Positions 57,164 through 64,000 of a stretch of DNA of 64,000 bases are shown here, piece by piece. Source of the stretch: an uncultured Gammaproteobacteria bacterium (lineage in GTDB: Bacteria > Patescibacteriota > Patescibacteriia > UBA9934). The stretch is taken from NCBI GenBank assembly GCA_964552565.1, contig CAZKGL010000001.1, forward strand, positions 25,875 through 89,874, given 5' to 3'. Within the stretch, counting starts at the first letter, position 1, and each line of letters opens with the position of its first letter. Both the position numbers and the translations under genes were made by a program. The notes under the pieces were generated by a model that worked only from the letters and a program-made list of their open reading frames with translations, searched no databases and was not told the DNA's origin.

Positions 57164-57366
57164 GGAGGAATAACGCCGTCGCTTCCTCGCTCGTCCTCCG
57201 TACCGAAATTGCCGCTGCGGTCGCCGACGTTACGGCTCCGGCAATTCCGGGTCGGACTCGCATCGTCAGCCACAGCGTTATTCCTTAAGGGGGAACCATT
57301 ACAAAATTATTCATCCGTTGACCGCAGTACCGCGCCACGCGGGAAGATGCGGCAACGAATCATCCT

Positions 57367-57834
<468 letters not shown>

Positions 57835-57855
57835 TTTTCCTCGTCGCAATTTTGT

Positions 57856-59943
<2,088 letters not shown>

Positions 59944-60063
59944 GCGCGGCGCAAGAGGCGGGGTCCCCGCACCCCGTCGCAAGGAAAGCGAGCTCGACAC
60001 GGGCTCGTTTTTCTGTTGACGTTTTCTTTTGGGCGGGGCAGAATCTTCCGTCAGGAGGAAGCC

Positions 60064-60480
60064 ATGCACGTCGTCGCCATCGTCTTCCCGGTCGAGTTTC
60101 CGAGCGCCCTGGAGCGGATGCGGCGCGCGGTCGAGGAGGTGCGCGCCCAGTACGTGGAGATCGGCATGCGCCCCATCCCTCTGCGCCGCGCCTCGTTTGA
60201 GTCCGGCAGCATCGCCGAGGATACATGCGACGCCGTGGTGCGCATCGAGCGCTTCGCCCGCTTCTACGACATCATCGTCGTCACCGGCTTCGAGACGGAG
60301 GAGTTCTGGCGGCAGGTCTCGCTCGAGCTCGCGTGCGACCTGTCGCTCCATGCGAACAAAAAGATGCGTGTGGTGTCGCAGGCGCGAGAGGATGCGTGGA
60401 AGGCGCTCGGCCGTCCCATCCAGATCTGGAGCCCCCACCGCCTCGTGCAGCATCTCCAGCTGCACGTGAGGTTCAACTAG
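60064..60480 (+). CDS. Hypothetical alpha/beta protein
   Basis: AGGAGG SD; TTGACG promoter upstream. Confidence 0.6.
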   Translation: MHVVAIVFPVEFPSALERMRRAVEEVRAQYVEIGMRPIPLRRASFESGSIAEDTCDAVVRIERFARFYDIIVVTGFETEEFWRQVSLELACDLSLHANKKMRVVSQAREDAWKALGRPIQIWSPHRLVQHLQLHVRFN

Positions 60481-60630
60481 CCGCTGTTTGTCCGGCAGAA
60501 ACGCTGTCGGTTTCGAAGGGCGGCCTGCCCCGTAGCGTCCGAGAGACGCGCTACGGGGCGTTTCGTTTATGCACATTGACCGTCGCCCGTGCATGCGCGA
60601 CGATAGCCGTGTCACAGGAGACGCCAGGGA

Positions 60631-60993
60631 ATGCAGGTGCTCATTCTTTACACGCACGAAATGTCCGATGAGACGACGCTGCCGCTCCTGCAGCGCGCAG
60701 GGCAGCACCCGCTCGACCGTGTCCGCATCCTGTTGCGGTGCGTGACGCCGTCCGGGATCCGCATGATCGAGTCGGAGGGCATCACCGCGATCGTCGTGTG
60801 CGACACACGCCACGAGGGCGAACACGCCATGCTCGTCGGCAAGGCGCATGCCCTCGCCGCGCAGCTGCGGGTGCCGCTCCACGTCGTGCCGTTCGGCAAG
60901 GAGCTGTCGCGCGACTGGGTGAGGACGGCGCGTCCGGTGCCGAGCGTGCTCGCGTACCTGCAGAGCCTGGTCAGCACCTCGGCGGAGCTGTAG
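60631..60993 (+). CDS. Hypothetical alpha/beta protein
   Basis: AGGAG upstream; beta-alpha alternation. Confidence 0.55.
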   Translation: MQVLILYTHEMSDETTLPLLQRAGQHPLDRVRILLRCVTPSGIRMIESEGITAIVVCDTRHEGEHAMLVGKAHALAAQLRVPLHVVPFGKELSRDWVRTARPVPSVLAYLQSLVSTSAEL

Positions 60994-61018
60994 CATGGCG
61001 GAGCCGCCAGGAGCCGCC

Positions 61019-61387
61019 ATGCGCGTCGCGTTCGTGTACACGGAAGGGAGCCGGGAGGTCATGTTCTGCACACAGGAGGAAGTCACCGAGGTATTCGGTG
61101 GCCGCGTGACCGTCATGACGATGCGTATCCCGCAAGGGGCAAGCATCCCGCAGCTTACGAAATTCGAGCCCAGGGCAGTCCTCTTGTTCGATGCGGAGGA
61201 CGACGTCACGCGTCGCACGGTGCTCGCGGAGTTTGCCGCCGCGCTTATCTCGAAGTTCGCCGCTCGCGTTTCCGTCATCCACGCGGGATCGGAGAACCGG
61301 TGGATCGAGGCGAACATCGGACATCGCTTCGTGCACCGCGACAACGTCGTCGACCATCTGCGCCACGTGCTGCGATTCCCGCCGTAG
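61019..61387 (+). CDS. Hypothetical alpha/beta protein
   Basis: CAGGAGCCGCC-ATG; MRVAFVY start. Confidence 0.55.
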   Translation: MRVAFVYTEGSREVMFCTQEEVTEVFGGRVTVMTMRIPQGASIPQLTKFEPRAVLLFDAEDDVTRRTVLAEFAAALISKFAARVSVIHAGSENRWIEANIGHRFVHRDNVVDHLRHVLRFPP

Positions 61388-61588
61388 TCCCGCCGATCCA
61401 TCCGGAAGCCCTCCGGCCGTCGATCGGCGGGCTTCTCTTTTTTTGCGTATCGAAAAATCATCCGGCCGGCATATTTTTCGTTACAGAAGTTCGAGTAACA
61501 AAAAATTCACGATCGTGAAAAAAGTGAAACGCAGAAAACGCATGAGCCCCGCACGAGGCGAGGCTCGATGCGGGGCGTGGGGACTCGG

Positions 61589-61963
61589 CTACGCGGGCGC
61601 GTCGCGGTGCCACGACGTGAACCCGGCGGTCGGACGGTCGGGCAGGAACACCTCGATCATCGCGCACGTGGGCAGGTGGACCTGCGCGAAGTCGAGGCAT
61701 GCGTCGAGGATGCAGGCGTTCATCTCGCCGACGACCTTCTTGGTCCGCTTCCGCATCCGGAAGAGCCCGACGACGTGCACCACGAGTTCCTCGCCGAGAC
61801 CGAGGAGGCACTGGTCAGCCGGGATGCTGACCGTCACCTGGCGCTCGGTGAGCTCCAGAGCGGGCACGCCGGCGACGCCCGTGCGGATGGCGTCGATGAG
61901 CTTCGCGAGCTCGTCCTGCCGGTGGAGCATCGGGGGCATGCCGTAGACGACGATGTGGGGCAC
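61589..61963 (-). CDS. Tautomerase/MIF-like hypothetical protein
   Basis: GTG start then PHIVV (Pro1); two beta-alpha-beta units; AGGAG SD. Confidence 0.5.
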   Translation of the reverse strand: MPHIVVYGMPPMLHRQDELAKLIDAIRTGVAGVPALELTERQVTVSIPADQCLLGLGEELVVHVVGLFRMRKRTKKVVGEMNACILDACLDFAQVHLPTCAMIEVFLPDRPTAGFTSWHRDAPA

Positions 61964-62059
61964 GGGAACTCCTGGGTTGCCCGGATAGGCTAGCAGCGGG
62001 CGGGGCAATACACAAGCGGCTTTTTGACTTTCCGCGCAAGAGTTATAAGATGCCGCCGT

Positions 62060-62407
62060 ATGCCAAACGACCAATTCGCAAGGCTTTTGCGCTTTGCCAA
62101 GCGTACCGGCGACCGGCTCATCGTCACCGACGAGAAAGGTGGGGACCCCATGGTCATCATGCCGCTCTCCCAGTACGAGTCCCTCATTAGCGGGCTGCTT
62201 GGCCCGGACGAGGAATACGGCGAGGTCCCGGTCCATTCGGACGAGGAGGAGATCGCCGAGGTCGAGATCGACCCGGAATTCCTCAACCCGCCGCTTGAGG
62301 TGGTCGAGGACCGTGCCAAACCGGCCTTGTCCGCTCCGGGTGAGAAGCCGCGTGAGATACCCAAAAACGCGGGGGGTGAGGAGCAGTTCTACCTGGAACC
62401 GCTCTGA
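62060..62407 (+). CDS. Hypothetical protein
   Basis: TGDRLIV..MPL..YE N-terminus, FYLEPL C-terminus; promoter upstream. Confidence 0.65.
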   Translation: MPNDQFARLLRFAKRTGDRLIVTDEKGGDPMVIMPLSQYESLISGLLGPDEEYGEVPVHSDEEEIAEVEIDPEFLNPPLEVVEDRAKPALSAPGEKPREIPKNAGGEEQFYLEPL

Positions 62408-62557
62408 GGCTAATATCAGCGCAAAAAGCCCTGTTTCGTCCTACACAGTCCACCTCTTGCAAGAATAAAGGGCTTTTGCTATACTCCCGGCACCTATCTT
62501 TTAAGAAAACCTTTAATCCGTCACATTCCGCGCGCCCTTCGGCCGCAACAAGTACGT

Positions 62558-63748
<1,191 letters not shown>

Positions 63749-63822
63749 TAACGAGATGAGGGAGAAGTTCCCAATTGCGAACTTCTCCCTCGCCTCATAT
63801 CTATCGTCCTTTGCAACGCACT

Positions 63823-64000
63823 ATGTCGGACACGAATAAGAAAACTGGGGAAGGCGAGGCGGCAAGCCAGCGCATCCGCATCCGCATCCGCGCGTACGAC
63901 CACAAGATCATCGACAGCGCGACGGAGACCATCATCAAGACCGCGGAACGCAGCGGCGCGTCGGTCATCGGCCCGGTGCCGCTCCCGACGGAGCGCCGCC
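63823..64000 (+). CDS. rpsJ: 30S ribosomal protein S10 (partial, runs off the window)
   Basis: [15 protein letters not shown]...GPVPLPT. Confidence 0.93.
   Translation, partial: MSDTNKKTGEGEAASQRIRIRIRAYDHKIIDSATETIIKTAERSGASVIGPVPLPTERR

Overview
A high-GC bacterial chromosome segment. Gene content and organisation suggest Patescibacteria/CPR, probably ABY1/Uhrbacteria-like (inference): most core genes lack a Shine-Dalgarno (SD) site and have an extended -10 just before the ATG, ComEC is split, there is a PilB ATPase, and metabolism is sparse. Core genes are tsaD, tsaE, rsmE, ftsH, rpsA, gyrA, rpmF, nusB, rnc, proS, HU, rny, truB, znuABC with a Fur/Zur regulator, infB, trxA, trxB, rarA, an RsmB/RsmF-family methylase, gdhA, leuS, comEC, ndk, murA and rpsL-rpsG-fusA-(2.6 kb insert)-tuf-rpsJ. 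There are three canonical tRNAs (Glu, Lys, Arg) and a probable 6S RNA. SD-led ORFans are interspersed. The most striking signal is a non-coding cassette present twice with diverged sequence but the same architecture (13322-13586 minus, 17480-17732 plus). Each copy has a sigma70 promoter, then a leader hairpin whose two arms are complementary to the two halves of the downstream tRNA-like RNA's anticodon arm, then a terminator-like hairpin with a shared ACTCCCCA...TGGCGGRGT motif. A clamp stem follows, enclosing a CCA-ending tRNA-like RNA with the alanine identity pair G3:U70 and a non-canonical anticodon arm, and then a final hairpin. All annotation is by eye; no searches were run.
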